IMG/VR virus record: IMGVR_UViG_3300005613_000019
Span: 1-64,000 of that record
Direction: 5' to 3' (one strand)
DNA length: 64,000 bases
Origin: a virus
Below the pieces are notes generated by a model, which had not been told where the DNA came from, did no database searches, and saw only the letters and a list, made by a program, of their open reading frames with translations. The stretch's first letter is position 1; each line of letters opens with the position of its first letter. Below, piece by piece: positions 32,083 through 40,814 of this stretch. The translations under genes were made by a program, and so were the position numbers.

Positions 32083-32463
32083 CTATGCACCAAAAAGAGC
32101 TATAGATACATTAGCATCCAAAGAATCTGCTTCTACTGAAAGAGCAGTCACAGACGCTCCGCTGATAAGAACAAAGCCGTCAGCATCAATATTAATCTCG
32201 TTAGTAGTGTTTATTGTTAGGGTGCAAGCTTGGCTAGCCCCAACATATACTAAAGTAGCTTCTGCTATCGTACCTAATGAAATACTAGTAGGTGCACCGG
32301 TAGGGACACTGTAATAAGTTATCAAACTCTCGTCAAAGGTAACACTAGGACCTGACGTGGAACTAGGACTTACCGTAGGGCTCCCTAATGCTAGACTTGC
32401 GCTAGGACCAGTCCCAGTCACATACGATGTAATAGTTCCTGTTATGGCGGCTGTACTTGACAT
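32083..32463 (-). CDS. small beta-rich virion structural protein
   Basis: Ser/Thr/Gly-rich; SD GGAG. Confidence 0.45.
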   Translation of the reverse strand: MSSTAAITGTITSYVTGTGPSASLALGSPTVSPSSTSGPSVTFDESLITYYSVPTGAPTSISLGTIAEATLVYVGASQACTLTINTTNEINIDADGFVLISGASVTALSVEADSLDANVSIALFGA

Positions 32464-32486
32464 GTTTTCTTTCTCCTATTTAATTG

Positions 32487-32936
32487 TTAATTTCTGGATT
32501 CCTGCAAACCAAAGCTCAATCCTACGGAAAGAGCACCACCAAGTAAAAGCCCGACACCGAGATACAAAGCAGGACTCCTGTACCAGGAGTCCTTTTTTTC
32601 AAGAGCTTTTCGTAAAGCACTAGTTTCTTTGATTCTAATACTCTCAGAATCATCAAAGTTTTTCTGCCAAACTTCTAAAAGTCTGGCTTGTACCTTCAAT
32701 TCTTGATTAGTAACGTCGAGCAATAAATCTTGTTTTTCTATCTTAAGCTCAAGTTCTGGTACAAGCTCAAACTTGAGCTTTTTATACTCTTCAATATCCT
32801 GCAACATTCTAGTTGCAGTATCTTCATCAAACCAAATACCTTTTACACCATTATGTTCGACAACTTCAGCTGACAAAACATTAAACGGAACCAAAAATAC
32901 TAAAACAATCAAAAATAATATAAAACACTTTTTCAA
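32487..32936 (-). CDS. spanin-like protein (signal peptide, coiled coil, C-terminal Gly-rich TM)
   Basis: Hydrophobic N-terminus with no evident lipobox, coiled coil, C-terminal 'LYLGVGLLLGGALSVGLSF'; third gene of the lysis-like trio. Confidence 0.5.
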   Translation of the reverse strand: MKKCFILFLIVLVFLVPFNVLSAEVVEHNGVKGIWFDEDTATRMLQDIEEYKKLKFELVPELELKIEKQDLLLDVTNQELKVQARLLEVWQKNFDDSESIRIKETSALRKALEKKDSWYRSPALYLGVGLLLGGALSVGLSFGLQESRN

Positions 32937-32938
32937 AG

Positions 32939-33289
32939 CTAATACCCCAACTTATTAAATCTATCAGATTTTTGCTGAATAGTTAATTTATTAATTTCTT
33001 TTTTTCGCTTAGAAATATCCTTTTTAATAGAACTAATTCTATTATTAATAGAATTAATTTCTTGTTTTACATCTTTTTTACTTAACTTAAGTAACTCAAG
33101 TTTAGCCTCAAGTTTATCAATCTCTTTTTTGTTATTAGCTAATTCAATTTTCTTTTTAGTAATAGCTAATAATACTTTATCTTGAATACCCCAATAAAGA
33201 CATAAAACAAGAGAAATTATAGAAACTGTTATAGTAATAACTTTCCAATTCTTCTTAATAAATATACAGATTTTACCCAGAGTCTTCAT
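32939..33289 (-). CDS. i-spanin (Rz)-like protein
   Basis: Single N-terminal TM followed by a Lys-rich coiled coil; overlaps the holin-like gene. Confidence 0.55.
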   Translation of the reverse strand: MKTLGKICIFIKKNWKVITITVSIISLVLCLYWGIQDKVLLAITKKKIELANNKKEIDKLEAKLELLKLSKKDVKQEINSINNRISSIKKDISKRKKEINKLTIQQKSDRFNKLGY

Positions 33290-33593
33290 TTAACAATACC
33301 TTCTTAGCAAGTTTAGCTTTAGAAGCTAAGCTTACAGTTACAACTTTATATAGAAACAAGCTCAAGCATCCTAGTCCTCCTCCGACTAGGATGCTTGATT
33401 TCCATGATTCCTCAGGTAATAAAAAGCCTCCAGCTATACCTAATATTAGAGGTAAAAAATGTATAAGTCTTAGCCCAACAGAAGTCTTAAAAAATGAAAT
33501 TTTCTTTTTAAGACCTTGAGTCAAAAAAGCTACAACAATAGGTAACCCAACATATGGACCATAATTAGTAAAAATTTCAACAATTTCTTGCAT
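33273..33593 (-). CDS. holin-like membrane protein
   Basis: 106 aa with three hydrophobic segments and a basic C-terminus. Confidence 0.65.
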   Translation of the reverse strand: MQEIVEIFTNYGPYVGLPIVVAFLTQGLKKKISFFKTSVGLRLIHFLPLILGIAGGFLLPEESWKSSILVGGGLGCLSLFLYKVVTVSLASKAKLAKKVLLNEDSG

Positions 33594-33620
33594 AATTAAA
33601 ACCTCCTTTTAATTAAAAAA

Positions 33621-34265
33621 TTAAACGTTAGTTCCTAAAGTTTCACTTACAAAAGTTACATACAAAGTTAAAGGTGAAGCCGTACCATTAACAAACTCAA
33701 CTACAACTGGATAACCTCCAGAATGATGAGACGTCGGAGATGACAATGAATTAGCAGGATGCGTAGATGCATCTTCAAAAATTAACTCAGCTACGTCACC
33801 ATGAAAAGTCCATGTCCCTGCAGCATCATCAACAACCCAAGTATCTACTATCTCAAAAGTATTAGTAGCTGAAGATGAAACAGTAAAAGTACCATTATAA
33901 TTAGTAGACCCTGTAATAGTGACAGTATCACCATCTAAAAGACCGTGCCCTGCAGAAGTAACAACTACATGAATAGCGTCACCAGCGTCTGCATATTGTG
34001 TTATTGCTCCAGTAACAACAGTAAGAGCAGAAGCTGCACCTTGTGAGGCACCACCTATATGAGTAGATGTAGAATCAAAAGGCGTACCGTTCCATCTTCC
34101 ACCTAACAAAATTTCATAAGTAAGATCATCGACCAAAACAGGTTGCGTTGATTTTACAGATATTGAAACATTTCTAAATGGCATACTGGAAGGTGCATCC
34201 CACAATCTAGCAGTACCAGCTGCCGCTATAGAAAGAGTTTTTGTAATTTGCCTGTATTGACCCAT
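33621..34265 (-). CDS. virion protein with inserted beta-domain ('HGL..GD.V.I.G...YNG', E1-FCCH-like)
   Basis: The inserted domain closely matches one in the tail sheath. Confidence 0.55.
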   Translation of the reverse strand: MGQYRQITKTLSIAAAGTARLWDAPSSMPFRNVSISVKSTQPVLVDDLTYEILLGGRWNGTPFDSTSTHIGGASQGAASALTVVTGAITQYADAGDAIHVVVTSAGHGLLDGDTVTITGSTNYNGTFTVSSSATNTFEIVDTWVVDDAAGTWTFHGDVAELIFEDASTHPANSLSSPTSHHSGGYPVVVEFVNGTASPLTLYVTFVSETLGTNV

Positions 34266-34304
34266 AATAATCTCCTTTAAAAGTTAGATCTATACCGTTA
34301 TTCT

Positions 34305-34326
34305 ATTTTATCAGATTTATATTTGG
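34305..34326 (-). promoter_or_regulatory. candidate late promoter CCAAAT-N10-TAAAAT
   Basis: Copy of the recurring motif, with extended -10 TG. Confidence 0.6.
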
Positions 34327-34344
34327 AAAGTTAAATTTTAAGAA

Positions 34345-35199
34345 TTAAAGATCATCATCTTCTTCAGAAGTAAGATCATCAAGAAACTTATTAGCAAAGT
34401 TTTTAACGCTCTTATAAACACCCTTAGTAGAAATATATTCCCAATCTTCTAAAGAAAGTTCTGGTAAAAGCATTTCTAGTTCTTCTACAAAATCTCCAGC
34501 TTTAATCCTCATAGGACCTTGATCACGAGAAGCTTTATGACACAACCCTACAACAGTAGGATTAATCTCAATAGCTTTCTCAGCTTTTTCCATAGCATCC
34601 TCTAACTCTGAAGCACGTTGTCTTTGTAACCTATCAGAAGGCATTTCCTCCTTATTTTGCAACCCACTCTTAAGCTTAAGAGCCTTACCAAGCTCATAAT
34701 CAAACGTTGTATTATTTCTATCCGCAATACGTTCATAATATTCAATATACTCATCTTCAGTAATAGTTCTCAGAGCTTGAGGAGACCTAGTAACTAACTT
34801 ACGAAAATCAGGACTTGTTTTAATAACCTCAATAGGAACCTCATTGGTCAAATTATAAGGTCTTCGAGTCTTAGGAATAATAACATGATATTCATCACCA
34901 CCTAATCCTTTAAAGGAAATAGATATTTGTGAATTAAGCATATTTTGAACAAAAATTTCAGAATTTTCAGTAAAATATTTAGAAAAATTAACAATAAGTT
35001 TACTTCTTTTACTTGTCGTTTGTTTAGGAATAGTCATATAATCATCTCCAACTTCTCCCTTTAATTGTAAAATAAAAGGGTCACGGCAAAACACTTTAGC
35101 TTTACCTTTTTTTATTAATATACGCGATTTAGCTGGATTTGTATAAGATAAAAACTTATTATTAGAATCTAATACAGGAATATTATTATCTTTACCCAT
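34345..35199 (-). CDS. protein with N-terminal PLMP/RRXRR-like domain fused to an unknown helical domain
   Basis: 'IPVLDSNNKFLSYTNPAKSRILIKKGKAKVFCRDPFILQLK' follows the IscB/IsrB N-terminal pattern; no RuvC or HNH motifs seen. Confidence 0.65.
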   Translation of the reverse strand: MGKDNNIPVLDSNNKFLSYTNPAKSRILIKKGKAKVFCRDPFILQLKGEVGDDYMTIPKQTTSKRSKLIVNFSKYFTENSEIFVQNMLNSQISISFKGLGGDEYHVIIPKTRRPYNLTNEVPIEVIKTSPDFRKLVTRSPQALRTITEDEYIEYYERIADRNNTTFDYELGKALKLKSGLQNKEEMPSDRLQRQRASELEDAMEKAEKAIEINPTVVGLCHKASRDQGPMRIKAGDFVEELEMLLPELSLEDWEYISTKGVYKSVKNFANKFLDDLTSEEDDDL

Positions 35200-35258
35200 A
35201 TTACCAGCCTTCGCTGACCTCTTACTTATAAAACATAAGTAAGGTTTAACTCTTTTTA

Positions 35259-35312
35259 TAAAATAAAGGACAACGGCCAGGGAAAGGAGGGGGAAACCTG
35301 ACCGCTGCCCTT
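35259..35312 (-). terminator. 16-bp hairpin/terminator after the major capsid gene
   Basis: AAGGGCAGCGGUCAGG pairs with CCUGGCCGUUGUCCUU (4 G-U pairs); 15-nt loop; followed by UAUUUUAU. Confidence 0.7.
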
Positions 35313-35324
35313 AAAACCTAATTA

Positions 35325-36521
35325 CTACTTAGAACCCTTAGCAGCAGCTTTAGCATTCGGAGCACCAAAACCAACCATCTCAAGAAACACCCAACCTTTA
35401 CGAGTCTCACCAAGAGCATACTTATTATAAGGCTCAGAAAACAGAGAAATACGTTCACCCATCTCACCGAGATAATCAGGGCCGGTACATGCATAAAAAG
35501 TTCCAGCAGGAATGACTTGCTCAACACCTGTACCTGCAGCCGTCAAGATCTGAGCATTTAACAGATTACCAATATGGCCAGCCAAAAGAAGCTCACGCTC
35601 ACTAACTGGGTCAACTGCAGTAGACATATTCTTGATAATATCAGAAAGCTCAGCACGATTAATAAGAAATTGCTCTACCAAAAGTCTGTGCTGCTCAACT
35701 TGAAAACGAACATCCTCGAAAGCACCAACTCCCAAAGAAGCAAACGTAGTAGTAGTATTTACAGCAGTAGACAACCTATCAAGAAGATCAATACCGAGCT
35801 TATCTTCTTGAAGTTCAATCTCCTGACGAGCTGTATCCTGAGCACGCTCCAGAACATCAAAGTTCATTTGATAAATGTCCATAATGTCGATAGCCGGAAA
35901 AGATGTAATCTTTTGCTCATTCGGAGTGATCCATTTGGTCTTAATCTTGGCTTCAGGAGTTTGACCGTCCTGACCAATGGTATAAGCAACCGAACGGATG
36001 TCTTTCGGGATACGGAACAGTTCGGCCTGGCCGAGCTGACGTACACGATAGATCTTCCTCGAAAAACCCTCGTAATCAAGGATAGCCTTAATCGGAAGAG
36101 CCAGCTCTTGACCAACCACTCGGAGTCCTTGCTCAGAAGGATCTTTAAGAGCGGCAGCCAAAATCTCACGGCGTTGATCCAAGGAGTAACTTGCAGATTC
36201 AGGAGTAGCAAAAGTCAGGCGACCTGCATTCCTCTTAGTATGGTTATTCAACAGATGAGAAACTTGAACAAGCGCATCACGCTTATCATAAGCATTAAGC
36301 TCACCATCAGAATCAAACATACGACGGGAAGTATCAGACGACGTAACGTTTCTACTAGAATCGTAGTCAAATCCTTGTGGGTTAAAAGTTCCATTCCCCT
36401 CAAAAAGAGATTCGTCTTGCTTATCAGCCATTTTCGTACGAGGACGAACAGCTAAACGACGAGGCTCTTTCGTTTCCTGAGAGGGTGTCTTTGATGCTAA
36501 TTTTCTATACGGATTATCCAT
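35325..36521 (-). CDS. major capsid protein (HK97 fold) with N-terminal prodomain
   Basis: Follows protease-scaffold-decoration genes; motifs 'LALPIKAILDYEGFSRK' and 'ERAQDTARQEIELQED'; strong codon bias; tandem stops TAG TAA. Confidence 0.9.
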   Translation of the reverse strand: MDNPYRKLASKTPSQETKEPRRLAVRPRTKMADKQDESLFEGNGTFNPQGFDYDSSRNVTSSDTSRRMFDSDGELNAYDKRDALVQVSHLLNNHTKRNAGRLTFATPESASYSLDQRREILAAALKDPSEQGLRVVGQELALPIKAILDYEGFSRKIYRVRQLGQAELFRIPKDIRSVAYTIGQDGQTPEAKIKTKWITPNEQKITSFPAIDIMDIYQMNFDVLERAQDTARQEIELQEDKLGIDLLDRLSTAVNTTTTFASLGVGAFEDVRFQVEQHRLLVEQFLINRAELSDIIKNMSTAVDPVSERELLLAGHIGNLLNAQILTAAGTGVEQVIPAGTFYACTGPDYLGEMGERISLFSEPYNKYALGETRKGWVFLEMVGFGAPNAKAAAKGSK

Positions 36522-36539
36522 AATATATCTTCCTCTCTA

Positions 36540-37331
36540 TTAAATAACCGTTTTGATTCCGATATAAGGATCAGCCGGTGTAGGAATTTGCACGCAATAT
36601 CCAACGGTAGGACCCGAACCAATAGACGAATCAGTAACTAAACCACGAAGAACTTCAGCAGTAGTTCCTGCCAAAACAGCCCCATTAATAGCCCACGTAG
36701 CCGCTGGATCAAACATAGTTGTGTAAATGATAGATCCTGGACCATGAGCAACAGTAACTTTATCAGACTGAATAGTTACATCATCATCAAAGTTCCAAAA
36801 GTTCTTACCATCATCAAGCAATTGTTGAGCAGTAAGAGCGTACTGATAATTAACATACACGTATTCACCATCTGAAATCGTACCACCTCCTACACGAGTT
36901 ACAGTACCATTAGTATAGTCAACAGTATAATCGCTACCTCCACCCTCTGTGTACACTGTACCAGCAGCAGGGTCAGTAGCAACTCGCACTCCAGCCACTG
37001 CTCCAGCAGCTGTTCTAAGATTAGCATGTGCCAAACTAGTAGCCGTAGTACCATTCAATTGAATGTACTCTCCAACCACTGCTCCGTAAAGAGTCGTAGT
37101 CTTATTATACAGAGCCCACCCATAAGGCGAACCAGCTGAACCCAATAAGGCTCCTGTAGTTACATCAACGTTACCATTCGCATCTAACTGAACAAGCATT
37201 CCAGCTTGAAAAGTAGCTGTGGAAGCAGCAACGTAATCGCCGAACGAGTTGATTACTTGAGAGCGCTGGTGGTCATATCCTCGCTCAATTGTGTCAACAC
37301 GAAAGGCTTCTCGTCTAGGTTCTAGTGCCAT
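36540..37331 (-). CDS. capsid decoration/cement protein with inserted Ig-like domain
   Basis: 'FQAGMLVQL' beta-tulip-like start and 'DYTVDYTNGTVTR' insert; lies directly before the major capsid gene. Confidence 0.65.
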   Translation of the reverse strand: MALEPRREAFRVDTIERGYDHQRSQVINSFGDYVAASTATFQAGMLVQLDANGNVDVTTGALLGSAGSPYGWALYNKTTTLYGAVVGEYIQLNGTTATSLAHANLRTAAGAVAGVRVATDPAAGTVYTEGGGSDYTVDYTNGTVTRVGGGTISDGEYVYVNYQYALTAQQLLDDGKNFWNFDDDVTIQSDKVTVAHGPGSIIYTTMFDPAATWAINGAVLAGTTAEVLRGLVTDSSIGSGPTVGYCVQIPTPADPYIGIKTVI

Positions 37332-37363
37332 TTCATATCTCCTCTTGTTAGGTTATCCTACAA

Positions 37364-39229
37364 CTATGCCTTTAGCCTCTTGAGAGCGTTACTACGCTTA
37401 CTCAATCTTGTGTTACCCATAGCTGCTCGAACTCCACCAACTAAATTATTATTTGTGGTAGAGGCATCAGGTCTACCAGTATTTACTTGAAAATTACCCT
37501 CTACAGCAGCCGTCTTTAAATTATCTCTAGACGCAGACTTAAAGGATTCTTCAGAAACTTCAACAGATTTAATATTAAGATTATTAAAATCAGACTCTAG
37601 GTCATTAAGATATTCATCAGATTTCTTCATAAGACCTGCAGTTCTCTCTAACAATATATCAACAAAATCTTCTTGGCCAGTAGAAGCTATCATTTCAATA
37701 AGTTCACTCGCATCAGATTGCGGCATACCTATATAAGCATCACCATTAGCAAAATTTTGTTGATTAGCTAAAACGTCCATAGAAGCTGCTTTATAAGGGT
37801 TCTCGTCATAATTAAGCAACATTCTAGTAGAAGCAAGTTTAACACATTTTACAAATTTTTTAATAAATTTCTCATTAGCCTCTTTAGCTAATTTTTTAGC
37901 TTTAGCTGTATAAAGCTTTTTAATATTAGCCTCTACACTCTGAAAATCAACATCAGAGCCTTCCTGAGAAGAATCAGCTGCTTGATCTAAAGACTCAGTA
38001 TGAACAGTATCTTCACCTTTCAAAATACTATCAGGCTTACTATCATAATTAGGATCAGTAACAAACTCAGCATCAGATTCAACACCTGCAATAACTTTAT
38101 CATAAGTTTCCTTAGTATTAAACTCAGCACCATCAGGAATAGTCTCAGAAGGATCATCTAAATCATCTTTAACTAAGTCATCCCCATCTTCATGTATCGG
38201 TTCAGAGGCTTCAGGCGTTAGCATCTCATCAAAAACCGGTTGAACATCATCATCAACACCCGCAATTAAAGTTGTATTAGCACGCTTAGCTGCAACTTTA
38301 GGACCCTCATAAATAATCCAACCATAGATTTGATTAGCTTTTCTCTTAAGATAATCTAAATTAGACTTATCTTTTGGTCTAGCAATAAAAAGAGGTTTAC
38401 CCTCAAAAGAAGCTAAAATATCTCTTCTAGGAAGAACTCTAACAGTGACCTTAGAGGCTGTTTTAGGGTCTTTAATACCCATATACTTAAGATTTGCATC
38501 TTTTTTATCTTCCTCTTTTTTATCTTCCTCTTTTTTATCTTCCTCTTTTTTATCTTCCTCTTTTTTATCTTCCTCTTTTTTATCTTCCTCTTCCTTCATC
38601 TGAGCAACTCTATCCAATAATTCTTCTTTATCAGATTTATCTAAGTCTTTCTTATCTTTCTTATCTTTCTTAAAATCGTCTTTCTTATCTTCCTTAAAAT
38701 CGTCTTTCTTATCTTCCTTAAAATCGTCTTTCTTATCTTCCTTAAAATCGTCTTTCTTATCTTCCTTAAAATCGTCTTTCTTATCTTTGTCCATAGAAGG
38801 CTCCATATCAAATTCCAGAGGTTTAATATCAGGTTTAGAATCAATAACCTCTTCAACTGGATTTATTAATTTATCATCAGCAAAAGAACCATCCATATCT
38901 TTATCAAGACAAGGAAGATCTGACTTCGTATTCATATCAGAACCAAGATCCAAACCTAATGAGGGTTTATCCGAATTAAACTTACCAGAATCTTCCAAAA
39001 ACCTAGAAACCATCATATAAGCATCATCAGGATTTTCAGACATCTTAAGGTCTTCCAACAACTTGTCAAAACCAGGAGGAGCCATCATCGCATATTTACG
39101 ACCAGCAGAATTCAAAAGATCCCTAGTCTCAGATTCAATAATAGATCTCTCAGAGGCTGTTAAAGAAGCTTTACCCTCTTCATGGATATTAAGAACAGTC
39201 TCAAACAGTTTTATCCTGTCAATACTCAT
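37364..39229 (-). CDS. capsid scaffold protein
   Basis: Highly charged, low complexity, between protease and capsid genes. Confidence 0.65.
   Translation of the reverse strand: MSIDRIKLFETVLNIHEEGKASLTASERSIIESETRDLLNSAGRKYAMMAPPGFDKLLEDLKMSENPDDAYMMVSRFLEDSGKFNSDKPSLGLDLGSDMNTKSDLPCLDKDMDGSFADDKLINPVEEVIDSKPDIKPLEFDMEPSMDKDKKDDFKEDKKDDFKEDKKDDFKEDKKDDFKEDKKDDFKKDKKDKKDLDKSDKEELLDRVAQMKEEEDKKEEDKKEEDKKEEDKKEEDKKEEDKKDANLKYMGIKDPKTASKVTVRVLPRRDILASFEGKPLFIARPKDKSNLDYLKRKANQIYGWIIYEGPKVAAKRANTTLIAGVDDDVQPVFDEMLTPEASEPIHEDGDDLVKDDLDDPSETIPDGAEFNTKETYDKVIAGVESDAEFVTDPNYDSKPDSILKGEDTVHTESLDQAADSSQEGSDVDFQSVEANIKKLYTAKAKKLAKEANEKFIKKFVKCVKLASTRMLLNYDENPYKAASMDVLANQQNFANGDAYIGMPQSDASELIEMIASTGQEDFVDILLERTAGLMKKSDEYLNDLESDFNNLNIKSVEVSEESFKSASRDNLKTAAVEGNFQVNTGRPDASTTNNNLVGGVRAAMGNTRLSKRSNALKRLKA
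38501..38590. repeat. 6 x 15-bp tandem repeat encoding EEDKK
   Basis: ttttttatcttcctc repeated six times perfectly. Confidence 0.95.
38669..38787. repeat. ~5 x 24-bp tandem repeat encoding EDKKDDFK
   Basis: cttaaaatcgtctttcttatcttc repeated about five times. Confidence 0.95.
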
Positions 39230-39230
39230 A

Positions 39231-40142
39231 TTATTTACCTTTTTCTGATAGATAGTTATAAATTATACTAGCTAACGAATCAGGAATATCTTTGGCATAC
39301 CTAGCCGTAAAAGAAATAATCTCTTGAAGATCTAAATCTTTGCCAGAAGCAGCCTTTCTTGCGATCTCTAGTATACCCTCTTGAATAACAGCCGTTTTAT
39401 CAGCAGGATCAGCAACAGCCGATAGTTCCTGGTACACAGTACCCCTACAAAGCTCACCAGCTATTCGATAAGTACCGTCATTCATTTTGTATTCTCTATT
39501 AGAATACTTGTTTCTAATATGATCACAAAATTCCCAAGTCGTAGTAGCAACATTACCACACACATTACAAACAGTGTCAGCAACATCAGCACCCATTGAA
39601 AAAGTCTTAATAGCCCCAGATTTATAAGCATCAGCTAACGCAGGATCTTTTGTTTGATCAACAGCTAATACCACTTCAACAAAAACATCATTATCAGGAG
39701 CAACACCAACAGACTTCATACAAGCCTCTTTAACTTCATCATCAGCAACATTTTCTAAATTCATATGAGAATCTAAAATAACGCCCCTAGCTACTTCATA
39801 TCTAGAGGCGTTGTGCTCAACAAAATGAGGCTTATTATTATAAGTTTGATAAGTTCTACACCCAAGCTCTGGACGAAAAGCTACGCTTTCATCAAAAGTC
39901 CAACCATCTAAATTAGCATTAAACCTTCCAACACTATTAGCTCTGGCAGGTATCAACAAATAATCTGAAGGGTCTCGACTTATCTTATATACGTCGGCAA
40001 CAGCATCAAGTCTCTCTTCTAGATCAATAGACCCACTCTTATTCATATAATAAGACTCAGTCTTAGTAGAAGAAATTTTATTCCAGGAACCTTTACTCAA
40101 AACTCCTAAAATCTCAACTGATGATATTTTCTTAAACGACAT
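39231..40142 (-). CDS. prohead (capsid maturation) protease
   Basis: Motifs 'KPHFVEH', 'FSMG', Zn-like 'CNVCGN...FCDH' and 'ELSAVADPAD' fit herpes/HK97-type assemblin proteases of large phages. Confidence 0.8.
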   Translation of the reverse strand: MSFKKISSVEILGVLSKGSWNKISSTKTESYYMNKSGSIDLEERLDAVADVYKISRDPSDYLLIPARANSVGRFNANLDGWTFDESVAFRPELGCRTYQTYNNKPHFVEHNASRYEVARGVILDSHMNLENVADDEVKEACMKSVGVAPDNDVFVEVVLAVDQTKDPALADAYKSGAIKTFSMGADVADTVCNVCGNVATTTWEFCDHIRNKYSNREYKMNDGTYRIAGELCRGTVYQELSAVADPADKTAVIQEGILEIARKAASGKDLDLQEIISFTARYAKDIPDSLASIIYNYLSEKGK

Positions 40143-40178
40143 ATACGTATGCTTATCCTTTTTGACAAACTATTTATA

Positions 40179-40200
40179 AGTATAATATAAAATGTGTCGG
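40179..40200 (-). promoter_or_regulatory. candidate late promoter CCGACA-N10-TATACT
   Basis: Copy of the recurring motif upstream of the protease-capsid operon. Confidence 0.6.
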
Positions 40201-40263
40201 GGGATTAAAGTTTAATTTTTAAATTTTAACTAAAGGTAGGAAAAAACTTATAACACATTTGAA

Positions 40264-40695
40264 CTAATCTTTACCAAAAAGAAGTTTTTTATTAGTCTCA
40301 AATCGTTTTACTGGAATACTAATATCTAAAATTCCATTATTAAATGAAACTTTTGAATTCTCTAAATCTAAATCCCTGTATACCTTAATCTCATGATGAA
40401 ACTTACTCCTAAATTTCTCTGAAATATTTTCCCTAGAAGTATTATCAGCCATTATATGCAACTTATCGGCTTCATTCCATACTTTAATATCAGACTCATC
40501 GTACCCAGCTAAAGCAAGCTGAATACTCCAGCCCTTTAAAACATCATCATCACTATCTGGATCAATAATAGGAAACTTGTCCATAGGCGGCTTAGTTAAT
40601 GTAGGCCAACTACCAAAAAAGTCGTTGAACAAACAATCAAAATCATTGAACAGGGAAGACATTCTTACGGTTGGATAAACGATTCTCGGTAACAT
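40264..40695 (-). CDS. small heat-shock protein (Hsp20/alpha-crystallin family)
   Basis: Motifs 'IQLALAGYDESDIKV' and 'VSFNNGILDISIP'; aromatic N-terminal arm. Confidence 0.85.
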   Translation of the reverse strand: MLPRIVYPTVRMSSLFNDFDCLFNDFFGSWPTLTKPPMDKFPIIDPDSDDDVLKGWSIQLALAGYDESDIKVWNEADKLHIMADNTSRENISEKFRSKFHHEIKVYRDLDLENSKVSFNNGILDISIPVKRFETNKKLLFGKD

Positions 40696-40814
40696 AGTTA
40701 CACCTCCATAAATATTTCGCTCGAATTTCGAGCTTCGTTAAGATCCTTAATATAAGGATCATGGTTGATGAATATCATCAAAAATTATAATACTACAACT
40801 TAGTGTCGGAATTT

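Noticed and set aside
35574-36455. 293-aa plus-strand ORF antisense to the major capsid gene
   Set aside because: Shadow ORF explained by the strong codon bias of a highly expressed gene; no SD or recognisable domain.
38641-38856. ORF with (KIRKTILR)n repeats
   Set aside because: Alternative frame of the 24-bp scaffold repeat.
40162-40191. Plus-strand TTGACA...TATAAT antisense promoter
   Set aside because: Spacing to TATAAT is 13 bp, and the 18-bp alternative TATAAA is weak. It overlaps the better-supported minus-strand motif.
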